A stretch of DNA of 64,000 nt, from assembly GCF_964355755.1 (NCBI RefSeq), contig NC_092670.1, positions 33,406,388-33,470,387 of the forward strand. Reading direction: 5' to 3'. The notes under the pieces were generated by a model that did not search any database, had not been told where the DNA came from, and worked only from the letters and a program-made list of their open reading frames with translations. The DNA is from Antedon mediterranea. Taxonomy: Eukaryota; Animalia; Echinodermata. Below are positions 14,121-27,345 of this stretch, piece after piece. Each line of letters starts with the position of its first letter. The stretch's first letter is position 1. Made by a program: the position numbers and the translations under genes.

Positions 14121-14974
14121 CAATACAATATAAGACACTCAGAAAACTGGAAACTCTTTCTGTATCTCTCCAAATACTGAACTTTTCTGGTGATCTGGAA
14201 ATCCCAAATTCTTTTTTTTAACAAACACATTCTGAATACCAATATTTTCGGAAAACCAGGACATATTTAGGCTAGTCCAAAGGTGGATCTGGTATTACTG
14301 TAGTAGAGTAATAAATCATTATTTCTTATTAATTATCATTTATACTAGAATATCAATGAAAACAAAAATAAGCATAATTTAATGACGAGAGAACAATAAT
14401 TAAATCTGTTATATCAACAAGTTGAGCCGCGTTTTTTGTAAGAAATATTTCTTGCTTAGATTTATTTATGCTTCAGTTTGAATGTTCTTTAGACCTGTAT
14501 TAGTAACGATGTATTGGTAAATGTTACTGTACATTACATATCACAATATAAAAATGTGTATCTTATTCCCTTTGTGTAGTGACACTTTTACATACAATTA
14601 TTTCCTTCATTTTTTGAACTTGTATAATAATATCACAGTAATCATAGAAATTAATGCATTCATTTTAGGAATGGATTTGGTTCAACAATATATTGTGTTT
14701 GTAATTATGTTCATTTGCTTTTGTTGATTGATGATATAATTACTTTTTGATAATTCTGTAAGTTCAGTGCTCGAGAATAATCTCAATAAATTATAAAAGA
14801 CATTTTAACAGTCTCGAAGTACATCTTTGAAGTACAGTACCGTACTTATTTTATACTGGGGTTTTCAGATTCATAGAATTTTTCATTTTTCCTGTTGGTG
14901 AATTTTACAGTATAGACGTAATACTGTACACTGTTTACTGTTGCAGTCCTGGGGTCAATGATGATGGTATTATG

Positions 14975-15117
14975 TTGGGATGTTCCCACTTGAGGGCAGA
15001 GTTCATGGAATGTACCATTATATGACAGGGGTTTTTCAATTTTTTTTATATATTCGAATTGCAGCTCTCTTCTCGGAGAGAATAGGCCAATTTCGGTTTA
15101 TCCAGGTAAGCTAGCAC
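14975..15117 (+). repeat. Dispersed 'GTTTATCCAGGTAAGC' repeat family, copy B
   Basis: cccacttgagggcagagttcatggaatgtaccatt...tttcggtttatccaggtaagctagcac. Confidence 0.8.
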
Positions 15118-16099
15118 TTATAAACTACCAACACCACTTTTGGTTTGTGTAATTTTGTGGTTTTAATGGGTTCTTAACCAAGTTGCTGTACTTGGTACCA
15201 ATGCTCTGAAAAGTATTATATTATTATAGAAGACATTTCAAACTTCAAGTGTGAAGTAATGTACAGTAAATGTAACTAGATTTTACTGGTTCCAGCTTGA
15301 TTATAGAACATTTCACTATATATACACACGGTATACAGTATGGTGAATGGTTGCTATTGACTTTCTGACTAATTTCAACCAATTTTGTGGTTTTATGACT
15401 TCTAAACTCATTTAATATACTTGGAATTTGGCAATTTTATACTAATTTCTTTTTGTCTAGCTGAGTAATAATATAACCTCTTATCAAAAGTACAATAAAA
15501 AGGTATCAAGCAGGTACAAGAGGTCAAAGGTGAAATAAGATTACCATACAACTGAGTCATTTTCATCTGTAGATGGCTTAATCACTTTGTTGCATTGCTT
15601 TTATTACCCATTAGAATTTACCTTAATATCTGCAAAGTAATCATTTTCTTTAGGATAAAATGCATTCTGGCTTAATTCCAGCATTTTAAGTTTTCTGAAC
15701 TCAACAGTAAATTACTGTTTTATGCAGAAGATTGGTCACGAAAGTGCGTCCAATCGACCTGGTGACTGGCAAGCAAACTCGGAACACTTCAATTGTAATA
15801 TGTAAATCGAACTACTGTATGCTGATGAAGCACACATTAATGACAACATGAAGGCAGCAATGTAATTATAATTGTTTTAATTCATCTTATTTAAGCTTTA
15901 CCACGGATGATCGGTCAACTAAGCCGATTAGTTTGACTCAGTTTCTAGTATGTGTTCTATTTATTAATTAGAATGCCAATTAGACATGAAAAGAGTGCAG
16001 ACTATCAGGACATTTTAAACTTTACAATGATTATATGTACGGTAACTGCTTATTTTGAATATAAAAATATCATTAAAATAATTGTAAGGTATTCCTTAA

Positions 16100-16450
16100 A
16101 GATGTATTGTCCCCCAAAAACATGAAAAAATGAAGATTGATTAAATCAGACTTTGAATATGTTATTTTGTAGTTTTAATAAAGTTAATCAAATAAATAAA
16201 TAAAAATAATTAAATTAAAATTATGTTTTCACTTATAAAATGACAAAGTAAATGGTTAAATTTCACCAAAAACCATTGGCTGGCTGGCATTTGACAATTT
16301 TTTGCTTTAAATTACAGTTTTTTTTCAGGTAAATTCATTTTTTTTCGATCTAATTTTTGGTCAAAGTGGATGATTATTATGTGACATTAAAATGGCGTAT
16401 TCAACAAAAAAAAATAAAAAAAAAATATTTTTTAGGGGGACAATACATCT
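16100..16450. mobile_element. Kolobok-like MITE
   Basis: TTAA|AGATGTATTGTCCCCC ... GGGGGACAATACATCT|TTAA: TTAA TSD, AG..CT ends, 16-bp TIR. Confidence 0.85.
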
Positions 16451-16714
16451 TTAATGATAAATTTTAGAAAATTACAAAACACAGACAGACGCAGACATTT
16501 GTTTTGAATGTATTTGTCACAATACAATACCCAAGTTGCATTATATTGACCAAGCATTCTACCACACACCCATTCCAGAATTAATACAATACTAAAACAT
16601 CAGAATTAATATACTGTATGATACTTTAGTGTAAGAATATTAGATTAACTGTATTCCATAGGAAAAACACCCCCAAAAAGGTGTCCAAACATTTTTAAAA
16701 CAAAAATGAAGTAA

Positions 16715-17584
16715 GGTTTGGTTCTCACTAGGACGCAAGGCAACGAGTAAGTGGAACACAAGTGAGATGACCAATCACAAGCAACATTTCGAATGATACA
16801 TCACGTCATGTGGTCAGATTACTTGGGGTATTGCTAAAACACCGCAAACCCCCGCAAACCTCCAAAAAAACATATCAAACCCCATCGAACCAACATAAAA
16901 GTGATTGAATCATGTAGTGTACAACCTACTGGGTATATCCATGTAAAAAAAAAATTAAATTTCTACTGTTAACAACTTATTTTTGGGGTAAAACATCATT
17001 TTTTGGTCAAAAATGATTGCTAAACCCCGCAAACCTCCAAAAAAATATAGCAAACCCCACCGAACCAACATAAAAGTGATTGAATCATGTAGTGTACAAC
17101 CCACTGGGTATATCCATGTAAAAAAAATATTAAATTTCTACTGTTAACTATTTATTTTTGGGGTAAAACATCATTTTTTGGTCAAAAATGATTGCTAATT
17201 TTTAACCAAAAAATGATGTTTTATCCGCAAAAAAGTAGTTAACAGTAGAAATTTAATATTAATATACCCAGTGGGTCGTACACTACATTATTCAATCACT
17301 TTAATGTTGGTTCGGTGGGGTTTGCTATGGTTTTTTGGAGGTTTGCGGGGTTTAACAATCATTTTTGACCAAAAAATGATGTTTTACCCCAAAAATAAGT
17401 TGTTAACAGTAGAAATTTAATTTTTTTTTTACATTGATATACCCAGTGGGTTGTACACTACATGATTCAATCACTTTTATGTTGGTTCGGTGGGGTTTGC
17501 TATGTTTTTTTGGAGGTTTGCGGGGTTTGCGGTGTTTAGCAATACCCCAGTAATGTATATGTCGTGCATGAATGGGACCAAGCT
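16715..17584. mobile_element. Old Harbinger-like MITE interrupted by the foldback at 16825-17548
   Basis: Degenerate TIRs TAA|GGTTTGGTTCTCA ... TGGGACCAAGCT|TAA with a TAA TSD. Confidence 0.45.
16825..17548. mobile_element. Palindromic foldback element with two ~175-bp tandem units per arm
   Basis: GGGGTATTGCTAAA(A)CACCGCAAACCCC ... GGGGTTTGCGGTGTTTAGCAATACCCC. The arms meet near 17195; the unit repeats at 16855 and 17030. Confidence 0.9.
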
Positions 17585-20366
17585 TAATATTGTAATCATG
17601 ATGATTTAAACATTTCTCAAATCTATTAACATTAAAAGTATTGTTTACAAAGAGCCTAAAAAATGCATTATCAGAATTAAAATATATTAATTAAATAAAA
17701 AGATCCAAATGCACAATTGGTCAAAACAATTAGAGCTGATATAATAAATTAATAAACATTCTTACTGCATCTGAATGTGTTGTACTAATAAGGGCATAAT
17801 TAGATATCATTATTTCAATGTGATCAATGTGTTCAACACTTTGATGAAGTGATGCCTCATTCCTAAGAAATTTATGATCATCAGAATGCTGGTTAATTTG
17901 TCTTATTGTTCAACTGCGAAGTATAATATTTCATATTTTGCATATTATAGACAGATTGTCTGATACTGTACTGTAGCTTACAAAATTATTCATGTATTTA
18001 ACAATTGTAATTCAAAACATTGTACAATAATGCATAATTATTTGCCATGCTTTTAAATGACATACCTGTATTGAATTTAATAATGAAAATATTAAATAAA
18101 ATTATAATTATATTATTATGACCTTGGAATATTATCTTAATAATTGATACATTAACCAGCAGGTTCAAAGACCTTCGATTATCATTTATTATATTTATTT
18201 AAGTTAATTTTGTAAAATAGTGTACATATAATAAATGATGTTGATTGAATGAGGGAGAATATTTATGAGTTGAATGAATGATTGACAATTCGGAGAATAC
18301 TGTACATGGATACTTTAAAAATAAAAAAAAAATATAGGATTCATTCCAACGTTCACATTGAATTGAAAAACACACAATCTCAATAAAAAAATTGTCAAAG
18401 CTGATTAGATGATCACTGATTGGTTCCATCATATGCACTGAATAGACAACATTGTTATAAAAGGTCAAACATCTGTATTGAATAGTACTTTACATCTGTA
18501 CATCCTAGATAAAATTAAACAAATGTATGGCACATCCTCCTCAAACATTATCATATTTTTGATTGATGAGATATTATATACTTGATATCATTGACATGTT
18601 CAATCTAAAATGAACATTGGTTTGATTGTCTTATTTTTGTATGTTTTATTACTATTATTTCAATGCAACAAACCTAATTTTTCTTAAATAATAATTGATA
18701 TTAATGACAATCTCTTCATTCAAGACAGTATTCTATTTCTTACAGTGTAACAGTAATATTGGCTTTTGCTGTAAACGCATTGCATCTTGTCATATCAAGT
18801 CCATTTAATCAATAAAATGTAACTAACTAAAGTGGTATAAGATGCAGGAGATTAAGGATTCCTATACTATCGATCGCTGCCACTGGGCTTCATCAGATAC
18901 TGCCTTCCCCCGAGATTTCTTTTTCTGTGCCAGCATTACTCTGAGCGATGTGCAAAGCATGATGGGTCGAGTTTAAGTGACCTACAATATTTCGATAGTG
19001 CAAGGTTGATTACTTGGTGACATTATCGCACACCTATGATTGCAAGTTGTATTCATCAGATAATAAGAATTGCTATTGTAACACCTCGACCCACTTCAAG
19101 GCAAACTTTCCCATAGAATTATCAATAGCATAATCGATTATAAATTGCCATCCTAATGCAGTGGTGTTGAAACCAAAGATCATAGTAATAGATAACATTT
19201 GATGAGTATTTTGACTTTTTTTTATCTTGAAAACCCAATGTTTTAACTAGTTACTGTAGGTGAAGAAAATGAAAACTCATAAAAATAGCAATTACCATAA
19301 GTCCCAATTAAGTAGAATATTAATACATTATTTTAAAGTACTGTATCAGTGATATATTTCAATGGTTAAATACTGTATGTATCTTGAAATGACAAGTGAA
19401 TTGTTCATTGGGTGAATCCATTGTGAATCATTATGTGTGGTTTGAATGAGGTTTATAGAAAGATTGGTTTGTTCAGGTATATTCGCATTGGATTTCAAAT
19501 AAAACCAAATAATCTCATTCAAGGCGCTTTTTTTTATTATGAAAAGACACTACATTTTTTTAAAGTTATGAGCATTGAAAAGAAATTTGCATCGGTTTAT
19601 CCAGGTACAGTACGCTATGCAGGATACAGTATATAACTTTTAAAATCTCACTCCATTCCATTTTCTTTGCTTGAGAGAGAGTAAATCTTTTTGAGGAAAA
19701 TGGTTGTCTGACTTTAATTTCCACCAGTGAACTCGAATTTAAGTTTGAACCCAAGGTACAATCTGATTTCAATGAAATCCTGAGAACAAATTCATGTCAC
19801 TACTTGGTGAACAATCATTTTCTCCTAAGCAAATTTCCTTTCCATTTCGTTCATTGAGTTGGTCCATTTGTCTAGTATCTGATTGGTCGATGAGGAGGTT
19901 TATCCTACATGCCCTGGATGTTACCTTTTCACCTGGCGGCAAGTTTACTTAGAAAGTAGTTGGATTCCATTAACCTCACTGGCGGCAAATTTCATACTCA
20001 CTATATCAATTTAAAATGAATTTTTACTCTGAACCCATTAAGCCATAATTTATCAAAATGCTTTTCTTTGTAAAAAGTCAGGTTAGGAAAAATAAATTCT
20101 TGTTTGTAATTGCAGAATCGGTTTTAAACTACCTAATAAACTTAAACATGAGCTTTTAAAGTATAATGTTTCACAAAATTATTTTTCTTGAAATTTAAAA
20201 AGGAACATCATGTATGGTTACACAGTAAAGTGTTCTTAAAATCCTACACTTGTACAATATAAACAAAATGTAAAGCTTTTAAAAATTCTAAAAAGCAGTT
20301 AAAATATGTTTTATAAATGTGAAAATATGAAATTTGTTTTTTAGATAGTTGTGGAATAAAGATTTA

Positions 20367-21992
20367 GGGTCTGTTTCTGCTGCATAACGCAATTTAACCG
20401 GTTATTTTAAAATAGATTAAAAATAGATATTAATAACAAGACCGCGTTTCTGCTCAATTTGTGCTCCGAAATAACCGGTTAAATCTATGGGTGGTCGTCG
20501 AGCAAAACGTCATCATTACCCAAAATGCAATACACTCAGACGGAAGTAGTAAGTTGGCTGTTTGTTTACATCGACGTCGTCAATACACACGTGTGTATAT
20601 CGCCGAACATCTCAAACATGTTAAAATAATAAAATGTTGTCTACAGGTCTACAAGTTTTGTTTTTTGTAAAGCCTACTTACTGATCGCTAATAAAATTAA
20701 TTCTCATGGCGCCTTCAATAACATGGGGAGGGTCGTGCAGCGCCCGATCGCCTAGGATAATTTTTATCTAGCCTAAAATTCCTCAACAAAGGCGATGATG
20801 ATACGGCCCTTCCCACGTGAACGACTGTTGTCTTTCGCGAGCGCGGTCCTACAAAAAACCAAACGGAAACAAAAACGAGCCTTAGAATGTTGCAATACCT
20901 ACCAAACGAGAGTAGATAATTGTTAATTAATTATGAAACCCTAACTTTTATAGCAAAAATCGTCCGAATTTATGTTAAAAACGACGAGTTCAGCCACAAA
21001 AACTTAAATCAAACGAGAGTATCCAAGTCATAGAATATCGCACGCACATAGTACCTTTAATAGAATAATGAGTATTAAACATTGTTTCGTATATTTATGT
21101 ACTAACATAAATAATAACACATTTCTATGCTTAATAAAATCATATTTAATATATTATCAAAGGCTCTCATAACCTTTGTTTTCGGTCGATGTGATGTTTT
21201 TCTAAAAAAATTATATAAAACGATCAAATTAAGATTGTTCATTGTTCTCCTATTAAAGGCACTAAGGGCGTGCCATAAATACGCTCGTTTGGATTAAGTT
21301 TTTGTTGCTAAATTCATCGTTTATAACATAAATTCGGATGATTTTTGCTATAAAATTTGGGTTTTCATAATTAATTAACCATTATCTACTATCGTTTGGT
21401 AGGTATTTGCAACATTCTGAGTCCCTTTTGTTTCCGTTTTGGTGTTAATATAGGACCATCCATACCCTTCGCGAGCGTGTACTAACGCCTCAAATTGCTT
21501 AGCTTGGGTAGTCCCCGGAACTCCACCCCAAATTCCTCTTTTACTTTCGCAAAAATGTTCTTATTTATTATCTGTGATTCTTTTCTATTGCCTGCCATCC
21601 TTCCCCGTACTTTCTCTCCCCCCACAACTGAATAACATATCTTGTGATTTCATTCATCCACATACATGTTCACTTCTTCGTTCGACTGTCAAAACCACGA
21701 GGAAAACACGCACCGTATGCGACGGTATCTGACCCGGGGTCACAACTGTCAATCAAATAACCGTTATTTCGTGTTGCAGCTAAGAATTGCTCAGCGATAA
21801 CCGGTTAAACGGCGTTCTAACACCGATTTAAATTGGTGTTTTTAACCGGTTATTTTGCGCTGCCTTTTAACCGGTTACCACAAATGTGTCCTGTTTCTGC
21901 TGCGAAGAAAATGGAGTTAATTTATTCACACCGATTTTAATTTATTCACACCGATTTTAACCGGTTATTTTTTATGCAGCAGAAACAGGCCC
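20367..21992. mobile_element. Non-autonomous PIF/Harbinger element
   Basis: TTA|GGGTCTGTTTCTGCTGCATAA ... TTATGCAGCAGAAACAGGCCC|TTA, with repeated AACCGGTT subterminal motifs. Confidence 0.9.
20845..21457. mobile_element. Long-TIR element nested inside the Harbinger copy
   Basis: Diverged ~180-bp inverted arms (20845-21023 vs 21279-21457) beginning GGTCCTA and ending TAGGACC. Confidence 0.7.
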
Positions 21993-22014
21993 TTATTACA
22001 GAACAGAATATTAA

Positions 22015-22640
22015 AGACCCCTTCCCTGCAATTTTGGACGTTTTTTGGAAAATAATACATATATATCACTTTAAAAACATTAAACCATGTCATTCCTTGT
22101 CTTAAATGTACGTTTTATGGTAAATTATGATAAAAAGTGAGAAACAATGCACTACCTAAGTAGCTCGCGGCGATCGACCTCTCGTGGACGGTCTCAGGCC
22201 TAGCCTAGCTAGGCTTAGTTTTGTAGGCCTAGCTGGTAAACATCGGTAACGTACGAACATCGTACGCTAGCTATATACCTAGCCTGACGTTGTATAGTTG
22301 CTGCATTAATTGTCTTTCTATTTTTGCCAGACTCCGTTGATAAAAATTGGGGAAAACCCGGTATTTTCGCTGAAAAGTTAGGAGTCTTCCATTTGTTTTG
22401 GCTTCACGATCGATCGAAAAGTGGGCGAATTACAGGTGAAAAACAAAAATATCAATTCGCGCGCAATGCATTTTGGGATTTATAGCGGGCCGCTATAATT
22501 ATTAAAATCGATTTATTTTTCACATTTTTAACCGTTTAAAGACGAAAAAAGTTATCGCAATAGGACCATATAGTATTATTTTTACATTAAATATAGTTTG
22601 TGATCTTAAATTAGATCTAAAAAACGTAGGGAATGGGGCT
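22015..22640. mobile_element. Kolobok-like non-autonomous element
   Basis: TTAA|AGACCCCTTCCCTGC ... GTAGGGAATGGGGCT|TTAA (imperfect TIR, TTAA TSD); CpG-rich interior. Confidence 0.75.
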
Positions 22641-25600
22641 TTAAGACGGCTTATTTTCCTGAAGGTGGACATTTTTTTCTGTTTACTTGTAATTCCTTTT
22701 GATTCAATAAATGTGCCGATCGATCATGTGATCAAAACTTTACTGTCAGATACAGTGCTTAACCTAGATACATTGTCAATCAGATAAGATGATGGTATTA
22801 TATGAAATAGCTTTTGACTCAGATTTGATGACTTGACTGTCTGAGATGTTAGATATAATATTGTTTCAATTCATGCAATTGATGTTGCTCTTTCAACTCC
22901 CATTCAGACTGTTCAAAACCCTGTTTGTTTGCAGCAAAATGCTTTGAGGCATGGTTAATCCATAATGAGAAAGTAAAATCTTTGCCTAGAGGCCAATGAT
23001 TACTGTATAAGAATGTCGTAGGTTGAAACGAGCTGGAAGAGGCAGATAATGTTCAAAGTTTATACTATTGTACGTCAGTACAGTTACTGTATTGTAATTC
23101 TGGAAATGTCATGCCATCAACAAAATATTTGAAATCTTCCAACCAACGAAGGTGGCCAGTAATTTTTTTCTCATTAAATTCTAAAGAGCAACATATCAAC
23201 AAATCAAAGTTAATTAAAATTATTTCAATTAAAAATTGTTTTCATGTTTTCAGAAAAAAATAATCGGGTGTACAGTAGATAACTGCAACAAAAAATAAAA
23301 TAAATGATAATAAACCAACGATAAGATTGTTTTAATTTAAAAAATACTAAATTGTATTAAGGTAGTACTGTACAGTACGTAGTGTAATACAAAATAATTG
23401 CATAATTTAATAGTAGTTACTAAAATAATATACTGTAGGCCTATTGGCCATTGCTGTAAATATTACAGTTTTTATATGGCTCATTTGAAATAAGCTCAGC
23501 ATGTCCACTGGAATGTGCGTGGTTTATACAGATCAGATTACCCATAGTTCATAGTTTTCAGTTTATCCAAGACATGTCGCAAGTCAGCCACCACCTGCAT
23601 TGTATGGTACCTCAGTTTTGGCATTTTCCTTTAGATAGTCGCTTTTCTGTTTGCTTGTGTAATACACACTGAAAATTACTACACTTTAGCTTAATAATGA
23701 TATTGTGTTACTATTAAGGGCCTGTAAGAGTAGCTTGTTCTAAACAGTATAAAGTCTTAAATAAACTAAAATAGAATGCAATACCCAGTGGTAGGTATAG
23801 ATCAAAAACCATACGAACCGACATAATATAGAATTAAAATGTAAACATACTTGTAAGCTATGCATTGATAAAAATGAAAGAATACAAGATGGTTTCAGGT
23901 ACCGTACAGTACATATTGAAGATTAGACTGAATTTGGACTTAAAGGCGGCTACGGTTAGAATCAAAGAGGTGGAAATTGTATAGGGGTATAGTATTTTAA
24001 TAGTTTATGTATAGTCAAGTACTAGAAGGGGTAGTAATAAAGATAAATTGACATTTTGAAGAATGGAAATTGTATTATGAGTGTACTTAAGTGTTTGTGG
24101 CTACCACAGGAAAAAGAGTCTTGTCTTCAGGCAACCATACAAAGACTTGTATTAAATTGTAAGGAATGGTTTTAAATAGTTCAACAAGTTAAGTGATCTG
24201 TGTAGTGTAGATTTAATTAAAAAGTTGGACTAAGTTTTCTGACTTCAAGAGGTTAACTTTTAAACTGTAAAATGAAATGACTTTGAGGGCAGTTTTCAAA
24301 TTTAATATTTGTCCACTATGAATTATTATTTAAATAAGAATGTGTCTGTGAGACTACCACTGTTTGTTTTTGAAGGCTCCTACATTTCAAATGAGCCTGA
24401 ACCAAATAATTATACTGTACTGAGACATCTTAACATTACAAATATGTTGTAGACACCCTACTGATATTGTTTTCCTGTCTAAATGTGTAGTATTATCGGA
24501 ACATCCTTTTCTTTTTTCCTTAGTAGACAGCGGATCAATCTCATCAGTCCCACATGGCATGTTAGCATCTTGTAAATTAAACAGTCCAGTTAAAATTAGT
24601 TTTGAAACTAAATGTACTATACTGAAAAAAAAAATGAAAGATGGTTTGCTATGTTAGCACTAATATTTAGTTAAAACTGTATTGACATTCATGACTAAGG
24701 GCCTGTTCATACCTACTGTATGGAGTTATGCTCTCAAATGAAAACAAAAGTTTGTTTTATAAGAAAGTCATGAATCAACATTTTTGACTTCTGACGAATA
24801 AAATTTACTTCTGCATACCAACCAGATGTTTGCCCAAATTTGTGACACTATAGTTTCTATTGAAAGCGTTGTTAAGCGAGTCTGAACACTCTACTGTTAC
24901 GCCGCTAATTCCCACCTTGCTTGCAATACAAAAGCATAACTCCATGGATCTGAACATACACTAAGTTATTTCATCTTATGGTTGTGAGATTATTGGGAGG
25001 GATACAGTCAACCTAGCACAGAACACAGTGAGATCACTGTTTTTATCTGAAACAAAGCATTCTGTTCTTTACTATACATACATATGTTGAACTTGAGGTG
25101 ACCTATGTTTTTTTTTATAAAGATGTAAAATAATAGAACCACCTGTTGTTGAGAATTGATATCAATTGCTGGTATTATTCTACTATTAGTAATAACTGTT
25201 TATTGATAATGTTTGTATGAACATTTTCCCAGGCTCAAATTTGTCTACAGTACCTCTATGTTTCATCCTAATGAAAAGGAGGGTTTAAAAAAAAAACCAG
25301 TTATGGCGTTCAAGACAGGCATGAATTATCAAATTTTTAAACCATTAATTATTCTGAGACTGTTTTTTTTCTTTTTGATTTTAATAATATATGCACCATT
25401 TTTTTTTCATTCTTAATTCCAAGAGACCCATTTAAAAAAAATTGCAGTTTAACAAACCGGCATAGTGTGTTTTTTGCAAATTTTAAATTGGCCCTATATT
25501 ATTTGTGTTCACACAATGCTAGTTTCTTTTATCTCTGGGATATCCAGATAAACCAACAAAGTACATATTATACTGTACATACATGTAGATTACATTTTAA

Positions 25601-25684
25601 AAGTTATTTTACAAATAGATTTATATACTATGGTTTCAATAAGACAACCTCTCTCTGTTGATAAATTTATAGTTTACATTGTAA

Positions 25685-25847
25685 AGCTCTGTCTACACGA
25701 TCAAACTTTATGTTTAAAAAAAAATGTGATGTGCCCATATATGGACATAATGATGTCATATCACTACCATATTTAAGCATAGCACTACCATATATGGGCA
25801 CATCACATTTTTTTGGACACATAAAGTTTGATAGTTTAGACAAGGCT
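25685..25847. mobile_element. Small palindromic Harbinger-like MITE
   Basis: TAA|AGCTCTGTCTACACGATCAAACTTTATGT...ACATAAAGTTTGATAGTTTAGACAAGGCT|TTA, with ~60-bp inverted arms. Confidence 0.75.
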
Positions 25848-26194
25848 TTATACTAATAGCTCTTTTAATTGTAAAGGACGTGGCGATTGATCTCTTATCC
25901 ATTAAAGATCAATTGACTAATTAAATAACTGATCCAAATTTGTCAAAATGAGTAATTTATTTCTAAAGTCTGTTTTATCAATTGTGTGACAACTTGATTA
26001 CATTGCATTTAAATGAATGGTGGTTTTATTTGTTTAATATCAATAGTTATTCTATTGCTTCTTAATTTTTCTTTCAAGTTTTATTTTGTTGATAATTTAA
26101 ATACCGCAAATTACATGTTCAAATTACGCTTTACATTATAAATTACCCAGTTATTTTGATAAAATACATGGAAACCTCCATAATGATGCATCCA

Positions 26195-26350
26195 GTAATC
26201 AGCACAGTTGGTTCCTTGACCTCGCGATACCTATTTGTGTCTGGGTGGAGAGGGCAAACATAAGAAGACAGGCAATGTGAGGAGCATGTATTGGACCTGA
26301 ACTCCTGATCTCATGATCAGAAGTCCAACTTCCAACTACTCCACACACTC
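26195..26350 (-). mobile_element. Degenerate tRNA-derived SINE fragment
   Basis: Decayed minus-strand A/B box region (gtgtggagtagttgg...ggagttcaggtcc) next to a SINE-core-like tacctatttgtgtctgggtggagagggca. Confidence 0.45.
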
Positions 26351-27046
26351 AACACTTTTAAGTACTTAAAGACTGTTAATGAGAAAACAAATATTTAAAT
26401 TTATAGTGAAAAAAGTCATTAAAATTAAATATTGTTTATTCAGCATTGTTTCTTTAATGTAAAAGAATTACTAGAATTAGAGTACGGTTTGCCATGCATT
26501 TATCCTGAATAAACTTGGAAAATGCCGAATCACACGCCTGTGCTTTTCTACTATTCTCGTCTTTGTTGTATCACACCTATTACTTTACGCTGGTCTGAAT
26601 ATGTCAACAACACTCTTGTTATTCCCAACACCATTCCTACATCTATTGTCTAAATTTATTGTGGCATTGCTCTGCACATTTTGATCTGAAAGAATAATAA
26701 TATTGATATATTTTATGTTCCATTGTTTTCCAATTTAGATGTTATACTGTAGTGGTTTTAAAGATGAAATATGATATCAATAATTCATAATAAGAAGGAA
26801 GTGTTGCTGATAAAAATGTGATATCATTTAAAAGAGACAAGGATCAAAGAACATTTTGTAAATTAGTCTAGGTTGTAGAAGTAATATTGATAACATTTTG
26901 GCACAAAAGGCATGTCATACTGTATTAAAAATTATAAAAACTTTATGATCTGTTGGTGGTGCTCATAAATATAGTAACATATTCAACATAAATTATAACT
27001 AGAAATGTTATACAGGCCTGTTAAAATGTGTTAGTTGACTGAAACT

Positions 27047-27345
27047 GATGTTTGACCAGCAATCTTTGAAACTGTCAAGTGTCCATAGTGTTACTTGATG
27101 GAAATAGTTTGATGTCATCCATCCCATGCTCCTGCCATGCTCAGTTCTAAAGCCTTTCCAATACTGTTTTCTAGAGAGTCTAGTTTAAGATGCAGTCTTG
27201 TTGTTCAAATCAATGTTGTCTAAAAACAATGTTTGACCACCAATCTTTTAAGTATTCATTAGTATAGTTCCTTGATGGAAATAGTGGTATGTCCATGCCC
27301 CTTTCATTCCCTAAAAAAATCAAGACATTTCCAATGCTGTTTTTG
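27047..27345. repeat. Diverged ~180-bp tandem duplication
   Basis: atgtttgacca.caatcttt...cttgatggaaatagt...tttccaat.ctgtttt occurs twice. Confidence 0.6.

Noticed and set aside
23770-24380. Possible CR1/L2 LINE 3' relic on the minus strand
   Set aside because: Too decayed to support with recognisable motifs.
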